Source of the DNA: Spirochaetia bacterium
GTDB taxonomy: Bacteria; Spirochaetota; Spirochaetia; UBA9216
NCBI GenBank assembly: GCA_963675665.1
Contig: OY776510.1
Span: 3,616,001 to 3,680,000, forward strand
Direction: 5' to 3'
DNA length: 64,000 nucleotides
Shown: in pieces, positions 40,290-50,711 of the stretch
Layout: every line of letters begins with the position of its first letter
Numbering within the stretch: the first letter of the stretch is position 1
Position numbers and translations under genes: made by a program
Notes under the pieces: generated by a model
Seen by the model: the letters and a program-made list of their open reading frames with translations, nothing else
Told to the model about the DNA's origin: nothing
The model's database searches: none

Positions 40290-41410
40290 CTTTTTACAAG
40301 CTCCTTCGGATCTACAGCTTTTGTTATAAATAAATCTTTTTCATTAAAAAGATCAATATACTCTTTTTCTTTCCTTGGTCTCCGGCCTTTTTCATCTACA
40401 ATAATCTGAAGTCCAGGCCGCAAAGGTGTTGTTGAACGGATCCTGTTTATCTTTCCAATAGCCCCGCTGTTTAATATCACTATGCTGCCCCTTGGATATA
40501 TGCCTATGTGTTTGATGAATATCTTAAGTATGCCGGGGTCAAATCTTCTTGAATTATCATTCAGTATCTGCCTGATAGCGGTATAACCCAGCAGAGAGTC
40601 CCTGTCCGGCCTGTCTTTGCTCATCGCCAGGAAAGCATCAGTAACAGAAATAATTCTTGCTCCTACGGGTATTTTGTTTTCCGCAATGCCTCTCGGATAT
40701 CCTTTTCCGTCCCATCTTTCATGATGACACATAGCTATTCTGCCAACCTCTTCAGGCAGACTTAAGTCTTTTATTGCCATTCTGTAAGCATAAACAGTGT
40801 GAGTCTTTATTTTCTCAAGCTCTGAAGGATTAAGTTTACCTTTTTTTCGAATAATATCCTGCGGAATCTTGGTCATCCCTATATCATGAATTAAGGCGGC
40901 TGAAGCTATATTCAACAATCTGTGCGGAGGGATTTTAATAGTAAAGGCCATTACAGTCGAAAGTATTAAATTATTTACGGCTGAATGTGAAAGAGGATCC
41001 TTTCCTGCTTTTTTCATGGTAGTCAGAATCAGGGATTCTTCAATATTGTTTAAAACAATCGGGTATAAACCCTTCATTACTCCGTCGATATCGTCTTTGT
41101 TCGGATGTAAGCCTCTTCGGCAATCATTGAAAAAAGAATCCATTGATTCGATTGCAGCGTTATATTGTTTCATCAATTCATTTGATACGCTGTTTTCACT
41201 ACCCATCACTTCCTGAGAATTGCTGCCGGTTTCTTCGCTTACCGCATTGCCTTCAGTCGTAACTTCCTTGATTCCCCATTTAATCAGACGTTCTATATCT
41301 TTTTGCCTGATTTCAACATTTTCAGGCACAAGAAGATTAACTCCATCAACATATACGGGTTTATCGAATTTTATTCCTGCTTCAAGTTTTTCTACAGGTA
41401 TTGCTTTCAT
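40286..41410 (-). CDS. HD-GYP cyclic-dinucleotide phosphodiesterase
   Basis: HDIG, HHERWDGKGYP, IISVTDAF, GIYP. Confidence 0.92.
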   Translation of the reverse strand: MKAIPVEKLEAGIKFDKPVYVDGVNLLVPENVEIRQKDIERLIKWGIKEVTTEGNAVSEETGSNSQEVMGSENSVSNELMKQYNAAIESMDSFFNDCRRGLHPNKDDIDGVMKGLYPIVLNNIEESLILTTMKKAGKDPLSHSAVNNLILSTVMAFTIKIPPHRLLNIASAALIHDIGMTKIPQDIIRKKGKLNPSELEKIKTHTVYAYRMAIKDLSLPEEVGRIAMCHHERWDGKGYPRGIAENKIPVGARIISVTDAFLAMSKDRPDRDSLLGYTAIRQILNDNSRRFDPGILKIFIKHIGIYPRGSIVILNSGAIGKINRIRSTTPLRPGLQIIVDEKGRRPRKEKEYIDLFNEKDLFITKAVDPKELVKS

Positions 41411-41412
41411 CT

Positions 41413-41655
41413 TTATTTCTGCAGATTATAAACAAACAAAAGGATTTCAGCCGTTACTTCATATAATTCTTCAGGTATAAAATCTCCCTGTTCAAATTCA
41501 TAAAGCCTATCGGTCAAACCATCCTTTTTGATTATCTCTACATCATTCTCCTCTGCAATTTTGATTATCCTCTCAGCCAGTTTATTTTTGCCTTTGCAGA
41601 CAATAAACGGCGCCGGCAGCGTCTTGAGATATTTCAGGACAACCGCTTTGTTCAT
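41413..41655 (-). CDS. FlhB C-terminal-like (EscU/YscU/HrcU, YlqH-like) export switch protein
   Basis: KAVVLKY..PAPFIVCKG..LAERIIKIAEENDV..IPEELYEVTAEIL. Confidence 0.88.
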   Translation of the reverse strand: MNKAVVLKYLKTLPAPFIVCKGKNKLAERIIKIAEENDVEIIKKDGLTDRLYEFEQGDFIPEELYEVTAEILLFVYNLQK

Positions 41656-42578
41656 ACAAAAGCCTCAATGCTGTTTGCTGACCTTTTATATGTTGAAAAG
41701 CCGTCAAACAGAATATTTTCATGACTGTTTTTAAAACAGTCATCAATTATATTATCGTCAAATTTCAGCGACAGGTTACCGAGAATTTCTGGAAGTAACC
41801 TTTTAATTTCATGCTTTTCATTATTATTCAGCATCCGGTCCGCCGCCAACTTCAGACGTCTGTTATCTTTTCCGTAGTTTTCAATTATAAAATATAATCG
41901 TCCGTTTTTAAATGAAGTTTCGAGAACAACTGTTTCGATAACCCTTGTTTTGGTATTTTTTTTTATACGGATACTTCCCTCCAGGACCAGCTCTTCAGAA
42001 GAGAAACTGTACGGTATTATAAACCACAGTTCATTCTGACACATCAGACTGTTAAAAAGCAATGTTTTTTCTTCTTTCCGCCTGTCATGATTAAATTGAT
42101 TATTAATGATGCCTGTAATTTCTTCTGCAGAAAGCCCTTTTTTCAAGCACTCAACAGCTACCCGGGCTTCTTCCCTGCTTAATTTGCTTTTTAATCTTAA
42201 TAAACGTTTAATTAATCGTATATTATCGTCTTTCAACGGTAAACCGGCCAGCCTTGCAGCTTCAAAAAGAGAGGTGCTTATCAAATCCGGTTTAATTCCT
42301 AAATCTGTGATTTTTTTACTGAATGCAGCCTGAGCATCTGCTTTATTTAAATATAGTATGTTGCCTTTTCCGCTCCACATAGCCCTGACTTTTAGATTTT
42401 GGCCGGGTTTTAATTCTGCTGAACCCTTTAATTGTATCAATTTACCGCTTAATGAAGCTTTAATGAGACCTTTTTTGTTTTCAATTATTTTAATTAAAAG
42501 AATATCACCGGATCGGATTTCAGCCAATCCGGCTTTCTGAATGACTTTATTGCTAATACCCTGTAAGGCAATTCTCAA
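41652..42578 (-). CDS. hypothetical protein, YlqG/FliK-like by context
   Basis: TTG start; N-terminal OB-like strands, LFN..W.IIPY motif; directly upstream of the FlhB-like gene. Confidence 0.55.
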   Translation of the reverse strand: MRIALQGISNKVIQKAGLAEIRSGDILLIKIIENKKGLIKASLSGKLIQLKGSAELKPGQNLKVRAMWSGKGNILYLNKADAQAAFSKKITDLGIKPDLISTSLFEAARLAGLPLKDDNIRLIKRLLRLKSKLSREEARVAVECLKKGLSAEEITGIINNQFNHDRRKEEKTLLFNSLMCQNELWFIIPYSFSSEELVLEGSIRIKKNTKTRVIETVVLETSFKNGRLYFIIENYGKDNRRLKLAADRMLNNNEKHEIKRLLPEILGNLSLKFDDNIIDDCFKNSHENILFDGFSTYKRSANSIEAFV

Positions 42579-42581
42579 TTT

Positions 42582-42938
42582 TTATCTTTCTTTCTTCCTG
42601 ATAAGCTCTTTAACTTTCGCTGCTTTTCCAACTCTGTCCCTGATGTAGTAAAGTTTTGCACGTCTTACGCGCCCTCTTCTGACTACTTCGATTTTTTCAA
42701 TCTTTGGTGAATGTAATGGAAAAATCCTTTCTACGCCGACTCCGTATGATATTTTTCTTACTGTAAATGTTTTTCTTGAACTTCCATTCTTTTTTGCTAT
42801 AACAAGGCCCTCATAGACCTGAACACGTTCAGTTTGCCCTTCTACAATTTTATAATATACCTTTACAGTATCACCAATTTTAAATTCAGTAATTTCATCT
42901 TTTGTCTGTTCAGCTTCAATAGCCTTAATCAAGTCCAT
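42582..42938 (-). CDS. rplS: 50S ribosomal protein L19
   Basis: [31 protein letters not shown]; start at ATG 42938 after GGAGG. Confidence 0.98.
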   Translation of the reverse strand: MDLIKAIEAEQTKDEITEFKIGDTVKVYYKIVEGQTERVQVYEGLVIAKKNGSSRKTFTVRKISYGVGVERIFPLHSPKIEKIEVVRRGRVRRAKLYYIRDRVGKAAKVKELIRKKER

Positions 42939-42939
42939 T

Positions 42940-43674
42940 TCAGTCCTCCCTGGTCTCACGACTCATTATTTCTTTTAGTAGCGCCTTTTCATCTTCTGAT
43001 ATTGCAGCATTTTCCAGCAAATCAGGTCTGTTTCTAAAAGTCTTCTCAAGACTTTTTTTTAACCGCCATCTTTCGATATTGGCATGATGCCCTGAAAGAA
43101 GTACATCCGGAACACTCATCCCTCTGAACTCCTCAGGTCTTGTATAATGCGGGTATTCCAGAAGTCCCCTTGAAAAACTTTCCTCTTCAAGCGACTCGCT
43201 GTTTATAACGCCTTCTACAAGTCTGTATACTGCATCGATAACTGCCAGCGCTGCTGTTTCTCCTGAAGAGAGAACATAATCGCCGATAGAAATCTCGGTA
43301 TCAATATACGTATCAATTATCCTCTGATCAACCCCCTCATAGCGGCCGCAAAGAATAACAATTTCTTTCTCAGCAGAAAGTTCCGTTGCCAATTGCTGAT
43401 TAAACAGCTTTCCGGAAGGCGACATAAAAACAGTTTTTTTTGATAACGCTGAAACTGAATCGAGCGCACCGGCAACAGGTTCAGTTTTCATAATCATCCC
43501 GGCGCCTCCTCCGTAAGGAGCGTCATCACATGTTCTATGCCTGTCAAAAGCAAAATCCCTGATATTAACCAGTTCATAATCAATCGAGCCCCGCTCAACT
43601 GCTTTTGCCATTATTGAACTTTCAAAAAAACCCGTAAGAATCTCGGGAAACAGAGTCAAGACGGTAAACTTCAT
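42940..43674 (-). CDS. trmD: tRNA (guanine37-N1)-methyltransferase
   Basis: [37 protein letters not shown]; start at 43674 (ATGA overlap with rimM). Confidence 0.97.
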   Translation of the reverse strand: MKFTVLTLFPEILTGFFESSIMAKAVERGSIDYELVNIRDFAFDRHRTCDDAPYGGGAGMIMKTEPVAGALDSVSALSKKTVFMSPSGKLFNQQLATELSAEKEIVILCGRYEGVDQRIIDTYIDTEISIGDYVLSSGETAALAVIDAVYRLVEGVINSESLEEESFSRGLLEYPHYTRPEEFRGMSVPDVLLSGHHANIERWRLKKSLEKTFRNRPDLLENAAISEDEKALLKEIMSRETRED

Positions 43675-44174
43675 TCCAGAAGCCATCCTTCTTTAAGTTC
43701 CACCGTAAGATTCTTCAGGTCTACTTTTCCGACATAAATTTCCATAAAAGGTATAAGCCTTGTTTTATCTTCTACTTCAACTTCAAGCATGTCGGAAATA
43801 CCGTTGCTGCTTACACCTTTAATTTTTCCTATTATCTCGCCGTCCATCACAAGACTGCATCTGCATAAATCAGCCAGATAATATTCTCCTTTTTCAAGCT
43901 TTACGGCTCGATTCCTTTCAACATAGAATTCCCAGCCTGTCAGCTTTTTCGCATCTTCCGGATTATCAATTCCGGCAGCTTTTATGGTAAGATTCATTCC
44001 GCTCATTCTGACATCTTCGATTGTCAGGGATTTTGTTCTCCCGTTAAGCCTGATCTCAACATTCTGCCCTTTCAGCTTTTTGAAATGATCAGCCTCTCCT
44101 GAAAAACTCAGAACCTTAAAGTATCCGCGAACGCCGGTTGAGGTGCGAACCTTACCTATCGCAATTTTATCCAT
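43671..44174 (-). CDS. rimM: ribosome maturation factor RimM
   Basis: IGKV..GVRG, EYYLADL, LIPF; operon position. Confidence 0.93.
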   Translation of the reverse strand: MDKIAIGKVRTSTGVRGYFKVLSFSGEADHFKKLKGQNVEIRLNGRTKSLTIEDVRMSGMNLTIKAAGIDNPEDAKKLTGWEFYVERNRAVKLEKGEYYLADLCRCSLVMDGEIIGKIKGVSSNGISDMLEVEVEDKTRLIPFMEIYVGKVDLKNLTVELKEGWLLE

Positions 44175-44408
44175 TTAATCCAGAATTTCCAGAACAATCC
44201 TTTTCCCGGTTTTTGTGGCAGAAGCGCTCAGGATTGTTCTTACAGCCTTTGCGATTCTGCCGTGTTTACCGATAACCTTTCCAATGTCGTCAGGAGCAAC
44301 TTTCAGTTCGAGAATAGTGGATTTTTCGCCTTCAATCATGTTTACTTCAACACCTGAAGGATCATCCACCAAAGATTTAGCAATATATTCGACAAGGTCT
44401 TTTTCCAC
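44175..44408 (-). CDS. khpA: KH-domain RNA-binding protein
   Basis: [17 protein letters not shown]. Confidence 0.93.
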   Translation of the reverse strand: MEKDLVEYIAKSLVDDPSGVEVNMIEGEKSTILELKVAPDDIGKVIGKHGRIAKAVRTILSASATKTGKRIVLEILD

Positions 44409-44431
44409 CTTATTCTCCTTGGAACTTTTGG

Positions 44432-44683
44432 TTATTTGATAAAAATATTGCTTTTATTCAGCAGCTTTTTAACAGTATCAGTAGGTCTTGCGCCTTTTTC
44501 CAGCCAATCCTTTATTCTGTCTTCCTTCAGATTCAGCTGCTTTTCTTCTATTTCAATCGGATGATAAAATCCTACTTCTTCAATAGTTCTTCCATCACGC
44601 GCTGTTCTTGAATCCATTACAACAATTCTGTAGTACGGTCTTTTTTTTGTACCGAATCTTTTCAGTCTGATCTTAGTGCTCAC
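44432..44683 (-). CDS. rpsP: 30S ribosomal protein S16
   Basis: [23 protein letters not shown]. Confidence 0.98.
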   Translation of the reverse strand: MSTKIRLKRFGTKKRPYYRIVVMDSRTARDGRTIEEVGFYHPIEIEEKQLNLKEDRIKDWLEKGARPTDTVKKLLNKSNIFIK

Positions 44684-44704
44684 GCGAGCCTCCTGTATGA
44701 TTAA

Positions 44705-46036
44705 TCATGCACCGCCGAGCTGACTCATCAGCTTGGCCTGGTATTTCTTGTTTTTGGTCATTTTCTTCATCATAAGTTTCATTTTTTCAAACTTTTTCAG
44801 AAGCCTGTTGACCTCATAGACATTCGTACCGCTTCCTTTAGCAATACGCTTACGTCTGGAAGGGCCTATTATACGATGATTTCGCCTTTCCTGTATAGTC
44901 ATCGATAAAATTATTGCCTCTTCTCTTTTCATCTCGCTTTCGTCGATATCGTCCTCGCTAATCTGGCCGGCTGCGCCCGGAACCATATCTATAAGCGATT
45001 TGATGCTTCCCATTTTTTTTACACGCTGAAACTGCTCGAGATAATCTTCAAGCGTAAAGGTAGCTTTCGCCATCTTTTCTTCAAGTTTCCTGGCGTCTTC
45101 AACCTCTATTGTTTCCTGAGCTTTTTCAACCAAGCTTACAACATCACCCATTCCAAGAATTCTGTTAGCAATTCTTTCAGGATAAAAAGGTTCGAGATCA
45201 TCAAGTTTTTCACCGGTACCGATGAATTTTATCGGTTTTCCGGTTATTGTTTTCAGCGAAAGTGCAGCACCGCCTCTGGCATCAGAATCAAACTTGCTTA
45301 GTATCACACCGCTTATGCCTACGGTTTCTTCAAACTCTTTCGCAATCTCAACAGCGTGCTGACCTGTCATTGAATCCGCGACAAGGAGGGTCTCGTCAGG
45401 ATTCGCTGCGGCAGCCACCGCTTTTATTTCCGCCATCAGATCTGCATCAACATGCATTCTTCCTGCAGTATCAAGAATAACAGTATTATACTGTTCTTTC
45501 TTTGCTTTTTTTAGCGCGTTTTTTACAACACGTACCGGATCTTTAGTCTCTTCACTGTAGACATCGACACTGGTCTGTTCACCGAGAATGTGGAGCTGCT
45601 TGACTGCTGCCGGCCTTACAAGGTCAGCGGCTACCAGCAACGGCCTGCGTCCTTCCTTTTTCAGTTTTAACGCGAGTTTGGCCGCGCTTGTTGTTTTACC
45701 CGACCCCTGAAGTCCCATCATCAGTATTACCGACGGGACATCAGGTCCTTTCAACTCCAGATCCTGCCGTTCATCGCCGAGCAGCTGAACCATTCTGTCG
45801 TGAACTATTTTAATAAACTGCTGCCCCGGGTTTACAGCTTTAAGGACTTTTTCACCCTTGGCGTCGGTTACCGTCCGGTTCACAAAGCGCCGAACTACCC
45901 TGAGATTTACATCCGCTTCAAGAAGGGCCAGCTTTATCTGTTCGACGGCTTCATCAATGTTCTTTTCGGAGATTTTGGCATTGCCGGAGATCTGTCTGAA
46001 GATATCGCTAAATTTTGTTGAAATCTTGTCCAGCAT
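44705..46036 (-). CDS. ffh: signal recognition particle protein Ffh
   Basis: ALLEADV, GLQGSGKTT, DTAGR, GGAALS, RILGMGD and M domain. Confidence 0.98.
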   Translation of the reverse strand: MLDKISTKFSDIFRQISGNAKISEKNIDEAVEQIKLALLEADVNLRVVRRFVNRTVTDAKGEKVLKAVNPGQQFIKIVHDRMVQLLGDERQDLELKGPDVPSVILMMGLQGSGKTTSAAKLALKLKKEGRRPLLVAADLVRPAAVKQLHILGEQTSVDVYSEETKDPVRVVKNALKKAKKEQYNTVILDTAGRMHVDADLMAEIKAVAAAANPDETLLVADSMTGQHAVEIAKEFEETVGISGVILSKFDSDARGGAALSLKTITGKPIKFIGTGEKLDDLEPFYPERIANRILGMGDVVSLVEKAQETIEVEDARKLEEKMAKATFTLEDYLEQFQRVKKMGSIKSLIDMVPGAAGQISEDDIDESEMKREEAIILSMTIQERRNHRIIGPSRRKRIAKGSGTNVYEVNRLLKKFEKMKLMMKKMTKNKKYQAKLMSQLGGA

Positions 46037-46106
46037 GTTCAGTCTCCCCCGATAGAAATTTTAAACAGTTATACCCCGAAAATGAGCTGAATGTCAACAT
46101 TGCCGA

Positions 46107-47375
46107 TTACCTGATATACAGGAAATTCCGTTCCAGATAGGCGATTCTTTCCTTTGCATCCATCCAGTAAACACTTACAGGATAATAATCTACTATTTTC
46201 CGGTAATACCCGGCTGCAGCTCTTTCATCACGAATACCGGGGCAGTTCTCATACAGGCCCGCCAGCATAAAATAAACGGAATCAAGTTCTGTCCATTCTA
46301 TAAAGTCTATTGTATCGAGGATAAGTTCTGCTGCATCACGACAGCCGCCGGCTTTTCTCAGTTTTTCCGCAGCAATTTCAAGTTCGGCTGCGTTAAGTAT
46401 TTCCTGTTTTTCACTAACTACTAAAACCGTTTCTTCTGGTACAATTTCACTTACATTCTCTTCCGCAGTCGGTTCTGTAACTGAACCGTTAGCCGGATTT
46501 GCCTTTACTTCAAGATTTATAATCGCCCTTACGGTTGTTCCGTTTGAATAGTCAGGCTTGCGCAACTGTATTATATATGTACCGGTTTGATACGGGAAAA
46601 ATGTAAATACCGTAACTCCGTCCAGGTATTCCCTGCCTGAATACTTCAGGTTATCTGTTTCGTTTCCGTCTGCTGTTTTACACTTTTCATATAACCAGCC
46701 TTCACCGTCGACCGAAGTTATAAAAAGTTCTCTTACCATTGCCTCTGCTTCATGCATTTCAGGGACCGGTTCCTGTTTCTCCACAGAACTTTGACTTTCT
46801 TCTTCCGTTTTTTTAATCACAACAGTTTCTTCCCTGACAACTTCAGGTTCAGTTTCTTTTTTTACCGGTTGCGGCAAAGTTTCAGCCTTGTCCACGGCCT
46901 GTTCGGCGTCAGGCGAAAATATCAGTTCCAGAAAAGACGGTTTCTTTTCAACTGCAGGTATATCGGTCGGTTCATCTGCTTCAGTATCTTGTTCTTCACT
47001 TCTGTCAATTGAAATGTTCTCCGGAAGCTCAGCTTCAACATCAGGTACTTTTTCAATATCTGATTTTTCAATTATTTCATCATCAACAGCTATCTTTCTG
47101 AATACGACTTCCGGCAGTACAGAAATGTAAGGATCCGGAGTTTTAGGTACTTCAGGCTCAGACCACTGTAATTCCGGTATTAAAACAGGTTTTTTCTCTG
47201 CAGGTTTTTCCTTTAAAACCGGTTTAACCTCTAACGATGGCTGCGGCTGATTTTCTTCCGTTGACGTCTCGTCTGTCTGCTGCGAAACTGTAACATTCTT
47301 TTCAAAACTGCTGCATGAATAAATAATAACAGGAATACAAACTGTAGCTATTAATAGTCTACGGAACATCTGCAA
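46107..47375 (-). CDS. putative lipoprotein with low-complexity linker and C-terminal TPR
   Basis: IYS-C lipobox, Pro/Glu-rich region, C-terminal YYRKIVDYYPVS. Confidence 0.65.
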   Translation of the reverse strand: MQMFRRLLIATVCIPVIIYSCSSFEKNVTVSQQTDETSTEENQPQPSLEVKPVLKEKPAEKKPVLIPELQWSEPEVPKTPDPYISVLPEVVFRKIAVDDEIIEKSDIEKVPDVEAELPENISIDRSEEQDTEADEPTDIPAVEKKPSFLELIFSPDAEQAVDKAETLPQPVKKETEPEVVREETVVIKKTEEESQSSVEKQEPVPEMHEAEAMVRELFITSVDGEGWLYEKCKTADGNETDNLKYSGREYLDGVTVFTFFPYQTGTYIIQLRKPDYSNGTTVRAIINLEVKANPANGSVTEPTAEENVSEIVPEETVLVVSEKQEILNAAELEIAAEKLRKAGGCRDAAELILDTIDFIEWTELDSVYFMLAGLYENCPGIRDERAAAGYYRKIVDYYPVSVYWMDAKERIAYLERNFLYIR

Positions 47376-47790
47376 AAATATCCATTATGTCTTTTTCAGC
47401 TTCTTCTTCAAGTTGATCTGCAACGATCTCTTCGGGATCAACCCAGTATCTATCAATCTGTTCCTGCGACCAGCTTTGAAGTATTTCACGTGAATAAACA
47501 ATTCCGGTGAAGCTTTTTTCAAGGTTATCTTCGATAAGCATAAAGTCCGAAAGATAAGGACGCTCTGTCTGTATTATTTCATTTGCTGCTGCACTGTTTA
47601 TATCGTCGGTTTTCCGAACTCCGGAAGATCCGGAAGAAACTGTCACAATAACCGTTATAATTACAGCTGATGCAATTACAGCGATAAACACACCCAAAGC
47701 TATCATAAGCTGCTGCCTGCTGAAATTAAAAATACCGGACAGCTGCTTAAGAATGTTTGATATATTTATAGGCAGTTCCGGTCTTTTCAT
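47359..47790 (-). CDS. single-TM hypothetical protein
   Basis: One TM helix; translationally coupled to smc. Confidence 0.65.
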   Translation of the reverse strand: MKRPELPINISNILKQLSGIFNFSRQQLMIALGVFIAVIASAVIITVIVTVSSGSSGVRKTDDINSAAANEIIQTERPYLSDFMLIEDNLEKSFTGIVYSREILQSWSQEQIDRYWVDPEEIVADQLEEEAEKDIMDIFADVP

Positions 47791-50600
47791 CAGACCTGCG
47801 CCTTCTCCGCTTCCTTGTTTCCGGTATTATCAAGCCTGATTGCAACAGCTTTTGAAACACCTGACTCTTCCATTGTAACGCCAAGCAATGCGCCGGCTCC
47901 TGTTACGGTCTTTTTATTATGCGTAATAACTATAAACTGGGATTTCTTTCCGAATTCAACCAGCGTATTTACAAATCTTCCGACATTTGCTTCGTCCAGA
48001 GCGGCATCAATTTCGTCAAGAACACAAAACGGTGACGGTTTTACCATATAAGTGGCAAACAGCATGCCTACAGCCGTCAGCGAACGTTCTCCACCTGACA
48101 GAAGGGCTATATTTTCCAGTTTCTTTCCGGGCGGCTGTGCATATATTTCAATACCCGATGTAAGCACCGATTCCGGCTCAACAAGCTTGAGCTCCGCCCG
48201 TCCGCCTCCGAACAGGCGTCTGAACATTATATGAAAGTTTTTTCTTATATTATTATATGTTTCAACAAATAATTCTGTTGATTCCGTTCTGATTTGATCT
48301 GTAATCTTTTTCAAATCTTCGCGTGCCTGGTTCAAGTCGTTTATCTGGTTATTAAGAAAATCAAAACGTTCCCTGATTTCTTCATATTCTTCAGGAGCCA
48401 TAAGGTTAACTGATCCCAGCGCTTTAAGTTCATCCTTTTTTTGAGTCAATATATCCCTGTAAACCTTAATATCTCCGGGCAGCTCGTACATTTTTGAATC
48501 GTAATCCGATAAATCGCGCGAATGCCTGTCCCGAAAATTATCATATACATTTCTTATCTCAACCCTGAAATTTGATATTTCGATATGCAGGGTTTCAATC
48601 TGCTGCTGGAGTTTGCCGAGATTTTCCATCCGCTCTTTCAGCTTTTTTTCCCGGCTTTTCATATCCACATTTCTTTTTGAAATACCATTCTCAAGCCGCT
48701 CAAGCTCTTTACGCAGAGTTTCTTCCCTTTTTTTCAGCTCGATCTTGTCCGCTTCAATCTGCTTCAATTGCCTGCTGATGTCTTCCAGCCTTGAATTACA
48801 TGATTCAAGATCATTTCTGTTTTCAACCAGATGCCCCTGCTGTTCGTTCAAATCACGTTCCAGAAGCTTTACGGACTCCCTGACAGCATTCAACCGGGTT
48901 TCCATTCTGACCCTTGTCATTTTCAGTTCTTCAAGAGTGCTTCTGTATTCCTCAATTTTGGCGTTCAGCTTTTTATTTTCTTCACGTAATTCCCGGGCTT
49001 TTTCCCGCATGGAAATAACAAGGTTTCTGTTTTCTTCGATACTTCGGTCAATATCTCTCTTTTTGACAATTATTCCCTCAGGTGCAAGAAATTCATCGAT
49101 AAAAGCCGGTATTGTCTGACGATATTTTATGAATGCATCTTTTATTTCACTTATTCTGCCTGTTCCTTCAGAAATAGCCTCTTCAACAGCTTCAAGTAAT
49201 TTTAAGGGTTCATCAGTATATGCAGAAGTTTTTCTTGCGTCTTCAAACAGCTTTTTCTTGCCCTCAAAATTTATTCTCAATTTCTCAAGAAGATCATTAA
49301 AGTATTCTTCCGCAGCCTTTCTTTCCGTCAGCGAATACCCTGTTTCCTTCAGCCTTGTATCAAGCTGATTTACAATATCATCGGTTATTTCACGCAGTTC
49401 TTCCTGGAGTTCAGACTGGGCCTTTTCTCCGCCTTCCGCTTTTTTTTCCGCATCTGCAATCTGCTTTTCATTTTCAGCAATTCGTTCTGCAGCCGTTCCA
49501 ATATTTTTTTCAAAATTTTCTATATTCAGGCTGGTTTCCCTGACCCGCTTGTCAGATTCTTCAAGCTCGGTATTAAGCTCTCTTATTCTGCAGTTGATTG
49601 TTTCAATTTTTTCGTTCAGATTCTTCTCTTTCGCAACACAGTTTTCAGCCTGCTTGGTAATTTCTACCCTTCGTTCCGAAAGCATTCGTTCCTGGCTTTC
49701 TTTTCCTGTTTTTTCAAGATCTATGCCGTAAAGCTTCTTCTGGCTTTCTATAAGATCAGATTCCATGTTATTTACCAGGTCAAGATTCTCTTCCAATGAT
49801 TCGTTTATTCCGTCTATTTCTTCAGTAAGTGCATTCTTCTGTTTTTCCCTGTCGTCGAGCTTGTCTTCGGAGGCGTTAAGCGAATCCATAATTCCGCGAA
49901 GCTTTAGAAGCTGCAAGTCAAGTTCAGCGTCGAATACAAGGTTTTTTAGCTCGCGGTATTTTTTTGTTTTTTCCGCCTGCACTTTAAGGCTGTCGTGCGA
50001 TCTTTTCACCTCACTGAGAATTGATTCAACCTGGCGCATGTTTTCTTCGGTTCTTTCTAGCTTTCGCTCGGCTTCGGCGCCACGCACCTTATATTTTGTA
50101 ATACCGGCGGCTTCCTCGAACAGATATCGTCTTTCTTCAGGTTTATTTGACAGAATCTGATCGATTTTCCCCTGTTCCATTATCGAATAAGCAGTTTTTC
50201 CGATTCCCGTATCGAAAAAAAGCTCTCTCAGTTCTTTAAGTTTTACTATGGTATTATTAATAAAATATTCACTTTCACCGGAACGGTACAATCTTCTTTT
50301 TACCGAGATTTCAGGGATGTCAAGTTCAAGAATTCCGGCATCGTTCGAAATCATTAATGTAACTTCAGCTATATTTAAGGCTTTCCGGTTTTCCGTGCCG
50401 TTAAAAATAACATCTTCCATTTTTTCCGCACGTAGGGTTTTGGAAGATTGCTCACCGAGGACCCACTTAATTGCATCTACAACATTACTTTTACCGCAGC
50501 CGTTCGGGCCGAGCAATGCCGATATTCCTTCGCTGAATTCAATTTTTGTTCTGTCTGCAAATGATTTGAATCCGAAGATTTCAACGCTTTTTAAAAACAC
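47790..50600 (-). CDS. smc: SMC chromosome segregation ATPase (short spirochaete type)
   Basis: GFKSF, GPNGCGKSN, QG, LSGGE, VLDEIDAALD, ITHN; 936 aa. Confidence 0.95.
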   Translation of the reverse strand: MFLKSVEIFGFKSFADRTKIEFSEGISALLGPNGCGKSNVVDAIKWVLGEQSSKTLRAEKMEDVIFNGTENRKALNIAEVTLMISNDAGILELDIPEISVKRRLYRSGESEYFINNTIVKLKELRELFFDTGIGKTAYSIMEQGKIDQILSNKPEERRYLFEEAAGITKYKVRGAEAERKLERTEENMRQVESILSEVKRSHDSLKVQAEKTKKYRELKNLVFDAELDLQLLKLRGIMDSLNASEDKLDDREKQKNALTEEIDGINESLEENLDLVNNMESDLIESQKKLYGIDLEKTGKESQERMLSERRVEITKQAENCVAKEKNLNEKIETINCRIRELNTELEESDKRVRETSLNIENFEKNIGTAAERIAENEKQIADAEKKAEGGEKAQSELQEELREITDDIVNQLDTRLKETGYSLTERKAAEEYFNDLLEKLRINFEGKKKLFEDARKTSAYTDEPLKLLEAVEEAISEGTGRISEIKDAFIKYRQTIPAFIDEFLAPEGIIVKKRDIDRSIEENRNLVISMREKARELREENKKLNAKIEEYRSTLEELKMTRVRMETRLNAVRESVKLLERDLNEQQGHLVENRNDLESCNSRLEDISRQLKQIEADKIELKKREETLRKELERLENGISKRNVDMKSREKKLKERMENLGKLQQQIETLHIEISNFRVEIRNVYDNFRDRHSRDLSDYDSKMYELPGDIKVYRDILTQKKDELKALGSVNLMAPEEYEEIRERFDFLNNQINDLNQAREDLKKITDQIRTESTELFVETYNNIRKNFHIMFRRLFGGGRAELKLVEPESVLTSGIEIYAQPPGKKLENIALLSGGERSLTAVGMLFATYMVKPSPFCVLDEIDAALDEANVGRFVNTLVEFGKKSQFIVITHNKKTVTGAGALLGVTMEESGVSKAVAIRLDNTGNKEAEKAQV

Positions 50601-50711
50601 TTCCGCTCCAAAAATTATGTATGTTTCAAGTTTTTTAACAGTAGTTCAATTATCCGACAGTCTAACATGAAACATGCTTAAATGAACAGCCAAAATATGC
50701 TAATATAGATC

